Positions 1-10,873 of a stretch of 64,000 nt of DNA are shown one piece after another. The position numbers and the translations under genes were made by a program. The stretch's first letter is position 1. Each line of letters opens with the position of its first letter. The stretch comes from Macrostomum lignano. Its lineage: Eukaryota. Under the pieces are notes generated by a model. The model made no database searches. It worked only from the letters and a program-made list of their open reading frames with translations, and was not told the origin of the DNA. Location: assembly GCA_002269645.1 (NCBI GenBank), contig NIVC01002215.1, forward strand, positions 55,808 to 119,807. The letters run 5' to 3'.

Positions 1-2180
1 CTTCACTGCTGCTGATTGTCGTCTAGCCTTACCGAACTGCTCAACTGCATTGCATTTTCGCAGTTATCTATTATCAACATCTAAGAGAGCAAACTCAAAG
101 AGAACAACGCCATCCCTCACATCCCTGGCTAGTGGCTACTCTGTAGTCCGCCTTGATCGCCCATCTCAGGTCGGTTGCTGCGGGCTCGCCACCCTGGCAC
201 ACGAACACCTTTCTGCTTCCTGGCCTTCCGGCACGTTGAACTCCCGCCGAGGACCTCGGCTGTCAGCTGTAAAATTATTTGCGTCCAAATCTTCATCGGC
301 CCCAAAAATCTGTCACCGTTGACAAAATTTACCCCCCCTCCCTTGGCTCACGGCGCTGGCACTACCGTACCTCAAGACTGGAGCTCGCTCCTTGGCAACG
401 CTGATTTTGGGCTGGGCGAATTTAATGCGCACGCTTCGCTCTAGGACCTCGCGGTGAGGCCCTGCTGGACTAGCGGGTCAGCTGCGATCAGGTCCTACTG
501 AACAACAGCTCTTCCACCTGAGTTAACCGCAAGACAGGCGGTCTCAGATCCCCAGAGGTTAGCTGGTGCATCAGCGCCTGGCACTTTAGCGGAATGGGCG
601 GCGATCGCCTCCCCGCTGCGTCTTCGGACTGACATGCAGCGCCTGGCATGAGAAATGTGAATTGTTGACCTCAGATGACCTCGGCTTCGACCACTACTAG
701 ATTATCATCCAAATCTCCTGTCCTGCTCAAAAAATCCACTAGCCGGCCCGCAAACACTCACGTGGAAAAATCTCAGCTAAACGCCCGACCGGCCCGTGGC
801 TCATTCACAACGCTAGGGCGGCTGTCAAGCGCTACAAGCTGCTTCGTCGCCAGCTGCCGGCCAGCGTGCCGAGTGACTTCAGACCTGCATGGTCGCTGCG
901 CTCGCGCTCCAGGGAGGCAAGAATCAACTTTGGAATGAGTTTCTGACGAACGCGGACCTCTGTTAGGACCCTCTAAAGCGTGACGAATCATACGTTCCCT
1001 CAGCTGCTCCCTTGACAGCCAGTCCACCAACGAAGCTTTGATTCATCACCGGCCGGACTCTCTCCGACAATACGGGCATAAGTTCAATTCGGAGGCCTTC
1101 ATCAAGGAATGCACGGCCGTCATTCCTACGACAAGGCGGAGAGAACCGACGTCAGAAAACCAAAAAGCTGCTTCGCTCCCCCAGTGTCGATGGTGAGAGT
1201 TGCTCTCCGATCTCCTTTGACGAGCTCAAGCAAGCCAATGGGGCCGAAGGTCTGGGTGATAGTTCGCTTCGCTTCCTGAAGGATACTCGTACCTTGGCAC
1301 TCTCGGAGCTGCTCTTAATCTTCAATCTGTCTTTCTACAGTGGTAGCGTTGGTATCTGCGCCGCGCCATCATCCTTTCCCTGCTCAAACGCGAAAAACCT
1401 GCTAAAAACTCCTATCAGCCGGTAGTTTAGCCTCATGCATGGCTTAGCTCTTGGAACGGATTCTAGTGGCCCGCTTCAGCTACCTCTCAGAGTCCCCTGG
1501 AGGATCGCCCTCCAACAGGCAGGCTTCCGTACTCTCCGGTCGAGGACCACATTGTCGCATTCGTCCTGGGCATCAGTGATACATTCCAGCTCTCCGCCAT
1601 GCAATAATCGGTCATGGCCATCCCTACTAGTCTAAGACCTACGACAAGGTCTGGCGTGAGCGCCTTTTCTGTACTATGATCTCCAAGAACGTTTCCATGT
1701 AGGTCGTTCGATGGCGCTACAGCTTTCTCCAGAATGAACGACAAGCCTGCGTCCGCCTTAAAGGCGCCTCCATCAGCTAAATTAAGGCTGCTGAACTGAG
1801 GCCTTCCTCAGGGTTCGGTGCTGACTCCTCCCAGCTGTTTCTGTTCTTCATTGATACTATTATCAAGTCGATCTTGATGGATCGGGCACTCACGTGTATG
1901 CCGAAGACGTCGCAATTCTCAGCCAAGGAGAACAACCCAGAGCCGTGCGTAAGCGCCTGGGGCGGGGCCGTCTTCGCTGTTGCTACCTGGAGCAATGCCA
2001 ATAAGAGGGTCCTCAGTCGAACGAGCCTTCGGTTGAGCGCCTTCTCCACTGCTACTGCCGAGGCCTGGTTCCAATCACGCATCAACATCAACAATCAAGT
2101 TCTGTCGTGTAACGACTCGCCATGCTTCCTGGTAGTGCACCTGGAGCGCACCATAGCTTTCTCCGCCAAGTTATTGTAGT
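1..2180 (+). mobile_element. Decayed non-LTR retrotransposon (LINE) ORF2 relic: APE endonuclease and RT fragments, many frameshifts
   Basis: Endonuclease-like VRLDRPSQVGCCGLATL near 150. RT-block fragments in shifting frames: LLERILVARFSYLSES (~1448-1495), QQAGFRTLRS (~1515), KTYDKVWR (~1634-1657). Boundaries approximate. Confidence 0.7.
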
Positions 2181-2952
2181 TGGGTGTCGCTTGGCTCGCC
2201 GCCCGCTCATTTGGAAGTTTTTTTTATGAAAATCACAATCAACTCTTAGCCGACAAAAAGCAGAAATAACTGAAGAACAAACGTTTCAAATACGAGAAAT
2301 GACTAGTTGAGATCTTCACGCACTGCCACTGAAGTTACCATGAAGCTACTTGTTATGCCCTGAAAAATCGCTCCCCCACCGTTGCACGTTCTTTCAACGT
2401 TTGCCTTGATTTTTAACAGTTACACATATGATCTTACATGTAACTTCCAACCAACGTTACTAAAGACCTCAGCTTTCCTTTTCTTTCTTTAAGACTCGCA
2501 ATGCATATGCCAAATTAAATACGAATAGATCAAATAAATTATGACAATAAGGTTCATTCCACAGCACTACTTAAGCTACTTAGCTACAGCTCACGCTCTG
2601 AGGTGAAGTCTAGCCGCGAAATACACGGGCACGCTTCTGTCAAACCCGCACCTCAGCAACGGCACTCTCAGGATCAACAGTTCCGGTTTTTCCAGTTCTT
2701 CCGGCTGGTCGTGCTTGCTTTCAATTGCTTCAAAGACACGTTCATTTGAATACCGAATGCAGCCCAGTTGCCCTTCATTTCAGGTCCTCATACGGTCCGG
2801 CTTAGGAAAAAAACTTGAAACGAACCGGACTGAAGCCCGGGTGCAGTTTTATAAGCACTTCCCCGAAACTTCACAGAAGGTTAATTTCTAACAAAAGTTT
2901 TTACGAGCGTTGTACATGTGTACATTGACCCGCATGCAATCCGAGTGATATA

Positions 2953-3028
2953 CTAAACCTAACCCTAACCCTAACCCTAACCCTAACCCTAACCCTAACC
3001 CTAACCCTAACCCTAACCCTAACCCTAG
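2953..3028. repeat. Interstitial telomeric repeat (CCCTAA)10 plus degenerate flanking units
   Basis: Ten perfect CCCTAA units at 2963-3022, preceded by CTAAA/CCTAA and followed by CCCTAG. Confidence 0.95.
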
Positions 3029-3324
3029 TACATGTAGATGTATACACTCACCTACATATAATAATCCGATGACGTAAGTTAGTTCTTCAGCGCTAAAACG
3101 TTTTGGTCAACCGATTCTGTATTCGCACTACTATGGAATGCGTGGATAATCCAGCATATTTTTCAGCCTGTGACTTATGCGTTCTACTCACAAATAAAAC
3201 AAGGTGATGTAGGAAAATTCAAAAATATATGATCGCACCTGCAGCGTTTAAAGCTGCTTAGCATTGCAACTCGTACTCGTGTTTATTTATTAGAACACAG
3301 CATGCAGCACATTGCACCATAGGC

Positions 3325-4119
3325 TCAGCCCATGAGCCCGCGGATGAAGCTCAGATTGTCGTACACGTTGCCGTAGATGGCCTGGTTGTTGGTGAAGTCG
3401 CCGCCGGACACGACACCGACTTGGCGGGGCTGGCTGCTCACGGTGACGAACAGCGGGCCACCGCTGTCACCGTAGTACGGGCTGTTCGGGCTCATCGACT
3501 GGCAGACGGCACCAGTGAAACGCCTGCAGGCAGCCACGGTGTTACTGGCGTACTTCAGTACGCCGGACCGCCTGTTCTCGTCCTGGCCGTAGCCAGCGAT
3601 GGTGATGCTCTGGCCGACGGAGGTGGCGGATGTGTGCAAAGTGATTGCGCCGATGACAGAATTGAAGGAGATCGCCGTGGTGGTCTTCAGGATGGCGATG
3701 TCGTCCCTGTGGGTCAGAGGTATTTTGCCAATGAGTTTTTATCTAGTGATAACACCTAAAGCGGCAGAACTAACCAGCAAAACAGCGTCTGTGTGGAGTA
3801 CTCACTTGCCAATGGTGCCGCAGCTAGTGTAGCGTGGATGAATGACCTGCCGGCTGGTGTCCAGACTGTACCTCCGGGAGCCCGACTCCGGGTTGTTGCC
3901 CTGCACTGCGCCGAACAGAACGGAGGTCGGCTTGGAGCGGCACACGCAGTGACCGGCGGTGAGGACGGTGCGGCTGTCCAGGATGGAGGCGGAGCAGGAA
4001 CCGAGCCACGCGGCGAACGGAAACTGGCCCTGACTGGCAGTCCTACCGTACAGGACGTACGGGTCAGGCATGGCCGACGCCAGGCCGAGGGCGCAGGCGA
4101 CAATGAGCAGCTTCAGCAT
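3325..4119 (-). CDS. Secreted S1A (trypsin-fold) serine protease, copy 1, 231 aa, 2 exons
   Basis: Exons 4119-3806 and 3706-3325; intron GTGAGT...CCCACAG joins in frame (GK|DDIAILK). Signal peptide MLKLLIVACALGLASA, mature N-terminus VLYG. Catalytic triad motifs TAGHC, DDIAIL and GDSGGP. Confidence 0.9.
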
Positions 4120-4171
4120 GGTTTGTGCTGGTCTTCACTAAGGCTTGCTTTGTCTTCCTCAATGCTCACGA

Positions 4172-4178
4172 ATTTATG
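4172..4178 (-). promoter_or_regulatory. TATA-like element CATAAAT upstream of protease copy 1
   Basis: About 55 nt upstream of the ATG. The same motif is kept upstream of copy 2 (~22977-22983) and of the metallothionein-like gene. Confidence 0.4.
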
Positions 4179-4699
4179 CTGCCAAGGGCTCAAAGTCAAG
4201 CTGGATGGGAAGATCGGCATGTGTTGACAGCTTTGTTTGCATGCGAGATCGCTTTTGCTACGGTAAAATTGCTTTAATCGTGCTTTTCACGGTGTTTTTG
4301 GATCGGCTGCGACCGTGCAAGACACGCAGAAATCGGTGTTCTGAGATAATTCAGTACAGCTTACACTTCAACCAGTTCAAACCGCTTTTCGATTAATGAA
4401 TCGTGCGTTATTGGCGTTATAATTTAGCGAATTGTTATTTTTTTACTTTTTTTGCATGTTGCGCGTTGTGTCTCCAATTGCACGTACGAGTATCTGTTTA
4501 AGAGGTTTCTTCCTATGCATTATGGATGGTCGTTTTTTGGAGTTGACGACGAGTCAATGGAAGTCGTCGGCTGATATCCTGACAGATTTGCTATTTTTAT
4601 CAGAGATCTGCTACGTGTTACCGGTTCATAAATTTGAAAGAAGCTGATGGGCGACTAATGTGCTTGATTGCGCATTCGCATCCGAACATGGAAAATTTG

Positions 4700-5760
4700 C
4701 ATTGCTAATACAAGAATGCAAAATACGACGCAAGTCTGACACTGGGCTTCTGTTTATTGATAAGCGCAAGTGCATTTGAGTTGGCTCACACTCTGGGGTG
4801 AAGACAGGTTGCCTGGAATGCCTGCACGCTTAGGTCATGGTGCTCGGACACTCACACCTTCCGAACTCGTATCGACTGCACGATGCCTCCACTTCAGCTC
4901 ACTCTGTATTGACGCAAAAGACCAAGGTGCTCTCTAGCAGGCAGCTATTAGCCATATAATATGATCTTAGATGTCTAGTACGAGCACATAGTGAACAGAC
5001 ATTTAGTCTCCTTGCTCAGCATTCAGCCCGTTATTCAGGGACACAGAGCTCACAGAATTTAGTTGGGAAAAACACGAAAAATCAGGACCTTTCCTACTAT
5101 GCCAAGCCAGTTACTCCGCACTATATGGCTTCTGCTAACGGAGCGCTAGTCAAAAGCTGGTCTCGAAGAGCATGCTCAGGTGTGACCTACATGTAACGGA
5201 CTTTTTTGGCGGACTGCCCTCAGCCTCATCTGACTCTTAAGGGTAACGCATCGCGGAGACAAGCGCCGCCGCGCTGTCAACTGCCGCACCATCACGCCGT
5301 TGGCTCTGCAGTCCCATCATCGACTCCTCGTCTGCAATTTTTGTCTTTGCGACTCTACGCTCGTACTACCTCACGCTTAGAGAAGCCGACATTCACAGTC
5401 GTTTTGCCAGCGCTTTCACCACTGCGCTCTGCGGTAACCGTGAAGGTGCTCGAGTACGTGGACGTGTGAGCTCCCCGAGAACGACCCCGCATTTCGGCAA
5501 GCGAAGGAAAAGCTTGAGGGGCTCCGTTTGACCAGGCGACCAACCCACGGGGGACAGGAACCCATGGCAGCTGTTTATCTGCAGCGCCAGCCGGCTGTTT
5601 TTGACTACGTCATTCGGACCATTTCTGCCGCTGAACCCGATGCCAGAGGTCGCGTGGCCTGGTCAGCTATCAACGCTCTAACGGAGTGAAAGAGGCGTCT
5701 TCCACTAAACCTGCATGGCAGGCGACTCTGCAGACGAGCGCAGGAGCTGCGTGAGTTTCT
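4700..5760 (+). mobile_element. Highly decayed LINE relic (RTE-like)
   Basis: Short RT-like remnants: LFDYVIRT (~5597-5620, cf. QGDTLAP..DYVLR block) and RGRVAWSAINAL (~5646-5680, cf. RRxxAWxAF). No long ORF remains. Confidence 0.4.
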
Positions 5761-6006
5761 CCTCGCCTCGCCGCCATTCCCACTGTCAGACAATCCGACG
5801 CTACCGGCGGAGACGCCTTTCCCGGAAGAGGAGAGTTTTAGCGTTGTACCAGTCAGAAGAGCCGACGTTGTGAGGCGTCCAACAGTCACTGGTCGGGCAA
5901 GCGCTGGGTCCGGACGAGGTGCCATTGCGCATAGCGCATACAGCATTGCGCATACATTGTGTGGCCAGTGACTTATAAAATAAAGACCCTGACTGTGTAT
6001 TTTGTC

Positions 6007-6044
6007 GTTGTTGTTGTTGTTTTTGCTGCTGCTGCTGCTTCGTG

Positions 6045-6090
<46 letters not shown>

Positions 6091-6338
6091 GACTGCGGAC
6101 CGAGCTTGAAATAACCGGACCAGGTGCCAAACCCCTACCGCTGACAGAGCCAGCGACAAAGGCTAAGCACAGAGGGCCGGACCGAGCCACACTCACCGCC
6201 CCTGAGCCAGGAGCGGTGACCGATTCCCGGCGCTCTTCGCCGCCCGAAGAAAGGGCGTTGCCTCCCCCCCGCGACAAAGACGCGGCGCCGGATAGGGCCT
6301 GCTGGTTACCCAGCAGGCTGGGAGTAAATCCCAGGGGG
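6007..6338 (-). mobile_element. Probable 5'-truncated LINE 3' end with (AAC)n tail (unit B)
   Basis: About 250 bp of unique sequence (6092-6338) followed on the minus strand by an (AAC)n/(AGC)n tract (6091-6007). Same layout as units C and D, but protein similarity is weak. Confidence 0.4.
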
Positions 6339-6632
6339 TGTTGTTGTTGTTGTTGCTGTTGTTGTTGCTGCAGCTGCTGTTGTGTGTGTTGCGTGTGTGC
6401 CTAGCAATTCCGAGAAGCTACTAGTGACTTCCATTCAAGCGGATCATCCTCCAGAAATTAAACACGTTCTCAGGTCTCCTGCAAAAATCTCGCATCTCAT
6501 GCAGGTCCAGCTTCTCCTGAAGGCTGCGCGTGGCGGGGCACTCCATGACATGCTCCAACGTCTCGGCACCATCCCTCCTCTTGCCTACCAATGCGCTTCC
6601 TGAACTCCGCCAGATTAAAAGGGTGGCCACTC
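6339..6632 (-). mobile_element. 5'-truncated LINE 3' end (ORF2 C-terminal zinc knuckle) with (AAC)n tail (unit C)
   Basis: Minus strand encodes SGHPFNLAEFRKRIGRQEEGWCR and, after a frameshift, ETLEHVMECPA. A stop codon and an (AC)/(AAC)n tail follow. Confidence 0.7.
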
Positions 6633-6658
6633 CTGCTGTTGCTGTTGTTGATGCTTTT

Positions 6659-6950
6659 TGTTAGTCTAGGAAAACTGAGTCAAGTCATGTTTGCAAGCGA
6701 AGGAGAATACAATTGAAAGATCTCTACCGAAGTGACGAAAGTATTTATTTGACTACATAACACGAAACCACGTACATTAGTAGACAAACGCCATCCGATT
6801 GGCTGGGGGTTAAAACCATGCACACTGGCGAGCACAAATGTACACAGGTAGGGGTAAAACGATAGCGCGCAAGAATTATCAGTCACGGGAGAGAGAGAGA
6901 GAGAGAGAGACAAGTGAAACAACATGAAAAACCAAAGTACAACCCCAACA
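6659..6950 (-). repeat. 3' LTR (292 bp) of Gypsy element 1
   Basis: Direct repeat of 10874-11169, preceded on the minus strand by the PPT GGGGGAAGCAG (6961-6951). Confidence 0.95.
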
Positions 6951-7281
6951 CTGCTTCCCCCAAAAGCAGCAAAACAAAAAACAAAAGAAACCAAGACCTG
7001 TCCTTAGACCTTATAACAAACAGGTTTACGAGGCCGCAAATCATACGAGCTTTGGGGCTGGAGAGTCTCATCTCCAGAACTCAGCGGGGAGTCACAGTCA
7101 GTCACCTCAGGTTCACGCAGCTCCGAGTCAGAGCCAGCCTTGGCACCCTGAATCGATAGCCCAGCCTGATCCTCGGATCCAGCCGCCTCGGTCAGCCGCC
7201 GATCGGCCTCCGCCTCCGGGCGGCAGCTCCATTGGTTTGCGTGCGCCATCCGCAGTCCACCGTCTGGTAGGTCAGCTGAGG

Positions 7282-10200
7282 TCACCAGAGCTGTGTTCCG
7301 GCCGTGCTGCACGATGAACTTGGCCGGAACCGGAGCCGTGCCAGGCCGTGCCGGCGTCCCCACATGAGAATGTCCGGCGAGCTGGAACGATTCCCGCTAG
7401 GCCTGCTGGTGCGAATGGTTAGGAGCAATTTCTGCAGGAACTGGTCAAATGGGACCACTTTCGTCCACGTCTTCAGCCCGCCTTTGAGACTCCTCGCCAA
7501 CCGCTCAGCCTGCCCGTTCGATGCCGGATGGTACGGTGGGGTGTGCATCTCCTGGCAGCCGACACTGTTCAGCCACTGCGAGACTCTTTCCGACCTGAAC
7601 TCGGGCGCATTATCCGACACTAGCGTCCGAGGCACTCCATTTCTGGCGAACACCGCTCTCAGCACTCTCAGCACACTGCCCGCAGACCTGTCTGGGACCT
7701 GGACAGCTTCTGGCCAACCCGAGTATGCATCAGACAGCAACAGTAGCAAGCCCACTCCTGGCACCTCACAGTGGTCCATGTGGACCCGGGACCACGGCTC
7801 GCTCTCGGATGGCCAGATGTCAATTTTCCGCTGAACCACCGGCCGTCTTTCAGCGCACAGCTGACACCGCTCAACAAACTGACGGACATCGCGATCCAGT
7901 CCAGGCCACCAGAACTCCTTAGACACATGGGCCTTCGTATTTTCCGCGCTCGGGTGCACCTCATCATGCGCGGTCTCCACAATGCGCCGCCGGAGAATGG
8001 TCGGAGGCACCACCCTGGTACCGTGGATGACCAGCCCGTTCTCCACAGACAACGCTTCCCGACACGCTTTGTACGGCCGCTCCAGCTGAGAGACCTGACC
8101 CCACCGGCCTGTCCTGATTCTCTGCTGGAGTCTTTGAAGCAGTGAACACCGGGAAGTACTTTCTCTCAGCTCCTCCACGGTAACCAAGCCTCCGTCAGTG
8201 ATCAACTCAGTCTGATGAACAGACTCCGTCTCAGGATCGAGGTTTTCAAAGCTCAGCCTTGATAGAGCGTCAGCATCCTGCATCTTCTTTCCCGGCACAT
8301 ATTCAATCTCGTAATCATAAGCCGATAGCCGCAGAGCCCACCGGGTTAGTCTGGCAGAAACAGTCTTTGGAAGATTCTTGCAAGGATTCAGAATAAACTT
8401 CAAAGGCTCGTGATCGGTCTGCAGAATGAATTTCTTCCCTAGCAACATTTTCCGAGCTCGTTCAACCGCCCAAACAATAGCCAGCGCTTCTCTCTCGATG
8501 TTTGAGTAGTTGGTTTCTGCCTGTGTGAGCGCCCTGGACATGAATATGACGGGATGTCCAGACTGGACCAGCACCGCGCCCAAGGATTTCTCGCTCGCAT
8601 CAACTCGAAGACAGACAGGCGCGGAAACATCAAACGGCTTGATGCACGGGTTTGAGGCCAGACTCCTTTTGACCTCCGAAAATGCCGCCTCAGCCACCGC
8701 GTTCCATTCAAAGACCCGGTCACCGCGGCGAAGCTCCTGAAGAGGCCGACATTTCTCAGAAAAGTTTGGAACCAGCCGTCCATAAAATTGAGCCAGTCCT
8801 AGAAATCTCTCCAAATCTTTCTTGGTCTTCGGCACCTCGACATCCATCACACGTTTCACCATGCCCGGATCGGGTTTTATTCCTTCATCATCAATAATGT
8901 GACCAAGAAACTTCAGGCTGTTGGCTTCCATCACGCACTTCGCCTCGTTGATCTTGACATTTGCGGCCTTTAACTTGTTGAGCACCTGCTCCCTAATTTT
9001 CTGCAACTCTGCCCGGCTCGCAGCACCGATCAGCACATCGTCCTGATATACTATGACACATGGATGGTCTCCCAGGAGCTTTTCCATCACACGTTGAAAA
9101 ACAGATGGCGACACCTTAATGCCATACGGCAACCGGTCAAACCTGTAGCAACCAAACGGAGTGTTTATGGTGGTCACCGCTTTCGATTCCTCATCCAGGG
9201 AAACCTGATAGTACGCATCCGATAGGTCCAACCGACAGAACAGCTTCTTGTTGGCCATTTTCGAAAAGGCTGTCTCAATCGAGGGAGTGAGGAAGGTCTG
9301 GTCTTGAACCAACCGATTAACAGCCGAATAATCTCCACAAATTCTCACGGATGCCCGATCTGACTTCACCGTCACCACAATTGGACTGCCCCATTCCGAC
9401 GACATCACCTTCTCAACGATTCCAGCACTTTCCATCAGGTCCAGCTCCTTCTTAACCAAGTGCTTCAGCGCTAAGGGCAGTTCTCTGGCTGCCTGGAAAA
9501 TTGGCCTAGCTCCAGCACAAAGACGGATTTCTCCCGTAGCACCAGATATTCCCAACAAGCTCTCATACCTGTTGCTGGCGGCTGACTCATCAGAACTGGC
9601 ATGGTGCACCGGTGCGAGGACCAGCAGATTCCGGCCGAGCAGCCCAAACTCCTGTTGGCAGTCGATGACGGGCAGCTCTGCCGCCTTGAAGCGGCCGATG
9701 TTGCCAGTGGTCTCCACCAGGCATTCCAGAACGCCCATCTGTCTCATAACGTGTCCGTCATACGCCAGCATGCGCGACTTCGCCGACTTCAGCGGGGGCC
9801 TTCCGAGCTCATTCCAGATCCTTCGTGAGATTAACGAGCAGGAGGCACCGCTGTCCTTCTCCATCAGTACTTCTCTGTGATTGATTTTCACAGTGCAGAA
9901 CTCGGCAGGCTTTCCTTCTCCACAGTAGAAAACGGGCTCATCACGATAGGAGTCTTCTGGACTCAGCTGAGTGCCGACTGCTTCACCTGGGGCAGCGAAG
10001 TGGGTCCTGGCACCGCGGCACACACGGGCAAAGTGGCCAGCCTTTCCACATTGATTGCAGGAGGCTCTCAGGGCTCGGCAGTCAGCGGGCTTCTGGTGCG
10101 ATCTCAACCCGCAACGCTGACAGCGCTGGTGTCCGAAGTTCTGCTTCTGCCTCATAACCGAATTAACGTTGACAGAGCCGGAGCCATCCGGATGGCAGTG

Positions 10201-10851
10201 AGCTTCATCAGCCGTAGTCAGACCCGCGGTCGACAGCGACCTAGCCTGGTGCACCACCGAATCCACGAGAGTCGAGTGAGCAGCAGCCTGGGACCCAGCT
10301 GAAAAGTTGCTGACCATCAGCAGCTGCTGAACATATTCTGTGACCTGATCGACCGTCAGTTCTTGAGTCACTTCACGCTCGAGCACCTTGTTCCTGATGT
10401 TCGAGTTGGCCAGACCGGCAATGAGCCGCATCTTGATGAGCGCTTCGGCGGGGTCCGCTCCTTCCTTTTTCAGGCTCTCGAACTCGCATACGACGGCTTG
10501 CTCCCTGAGACGAGCGGCATAGCTGGTGACGGTTTCGCCTTCGGCCTGGCGCATAGACATGAAGGCTGTCCTCTCAGCGATCTGCAGTTTCTTCTTGGGC
10601 TCCACAAACGCCAGTAGGCATTGCTTGATTTCAGACCATTTCATCGCAGACGGGGTTTTTGGAGCAACCAGCTGCTTGACTTTTATGAGCTCAGCGACCC
10701 CGAGGCAGCCCATGAAAGCGTCGGTCAGCGCTCGTCTCTCGTCGGTATCTTCGACTCCTTTGGATCTGGCCTGGGCGTCAAATACTTCAACCCAGGCGCG
10801 AAGCTCATCTATGTTGCTCAACGGCAGCGTCTCTCTCAATTTGATGCTCAT
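7282..10851 (-). CDS. Gag-Pol polyprotein (CCHC gag, protease, RT, RNase H, integrase), 1189 aa; C-terminal tail frameshifted
   Basis: CNQCGKAGHFARVC zinc knuckle; KDSGAS protease; YQDD RT; DAS..YSNIEREALA RNase H; H..H..CQLC plus D/SDN/AE integrase. The true C-terminus (KFIVQHGRNTALV...LRPRKPVCYKV) lies in the 7004-7363 frame. Confidence 0.92.
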   Translation of the reverse strand: MSIKLRETLPLSNIDELRAWVEVFDAQARSKGVEDTDERRALTDAFMGCLGVAELIKVKQLVAPKTPSAMKWSEIKQCLLAFVEPKKKLQIAERTAFMSMRQAEGETVTSYAARLREQAVVCEFESLKKEGADPAEALIKMRLIAGLANSNIRNKVLEREVTQELTVDQVTEYVQQLLMVSNFSAGSQAAAHSTLVDSVVHQARSLSTAGLTTADEAHCHPDGSGSVNVNSVMRQKQNFGHQRCQRCGLRSHQKPADCRALRASCNQCGKAGHFARVCRGARTHFAAPGEAVGTQLSPEDSYRDEPVFYCGEGKPAEFCTVKINHREVLMEKDSGASCSLISRRIWNELGRPPLKSAKSRMLAYDGHVMRQMGVLECLVETTGNIGRFKAAELPVIDCQQEFGLLGRNLLVLAPVHHASSDESAASNRYESLLGISGATGEIRLCAGARPIFQAARELPLALKHLVKKELDLMESAGIVEKVMSSEWGSPIVVTVKSDRASVRICGDYSAVNRLVQDQTFLTPSIETAFSKMANKKLFCRLDLSDAYYQVSLDEESKAVTTINTPFGCYRFDRLPYGIKVSPSVFQRVMEKLLGDHPCVIVYQDDVLIGAASRAELQKIREQVLNKLKAANVKINEAKCVMEANSLKFLGHIIDDEGIKPDPGMVKRVMDVEVPKTKKDLERFLGLAQFYGRLVPNFSEKCRPLQELRRGDRVFEWNAVAEAAFSEVKRSLASNPCIKPFDVSAPVCLRVDASEKSLGAVLVQSGHPVIFMSRALTQAETNYSNIEREALAIVWAVERARKMLLGKKFILQTDHEPLKFILNPCKNLPKTVSARLTRWALRLSAYDYEIEYVPGKKMQDADALSRLSFENLDPETESVHQTELITDGGLVTVEELRESTSRCSLLQRLQQRIRTGRWGQVSQLERPYKACREALSVENGLVIHGTRVVPPTILRRRIVETAHDEVHPSAENTKAHVSKEFWWPGLDRDVRQFVERCQLCAERRPVVQRKIDIWPSESEPWSRVHMDHCEVPGVGLLLLLSDAYSGWPEAVQVPDRSAGSVLRVLRAVFARNGVPRTLVSDNAPEFRSERVSQWLNSVGCQEMHTPPYHPASNGQAERLARSLKGGLKTWTKVVPFDQFLQKLLLTIRTSRPSGNRSSSPDILMWGRRHGLARLRFRPSSSCSTAGTQLW

Positions 10852-10852
10852 G

Positions 10853-10870
10853 ATCCTGCTTGCGACGCCA
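10853..10870 (-). promoter_or_regulatory. Primer-binding site TGGCGTCGCAAGCAGGAT (probably tRNA-Ser)
   Basis: 18 nt starting TGG, 3 nt inside the 5' LTR. Complementary to a tRNA end ...ATCCTGCTTGCGACGCCA, which resembles tRNA-Ser 3' ends (tRNA identity is an inference). Confidence 0.75.
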
Positions 10871-10873
10871 AAA

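Noticed and set aside
3707-3805. Protease copy 1 as a pseudogene (using the proximal CTTTAG acceptor at ~3756)
   Set aside because: That acceptor gives a stop and frameshift. The distal CCCACAG acceptor gives an intact frame in both copies and restores normal HPxY...DIA spacing.
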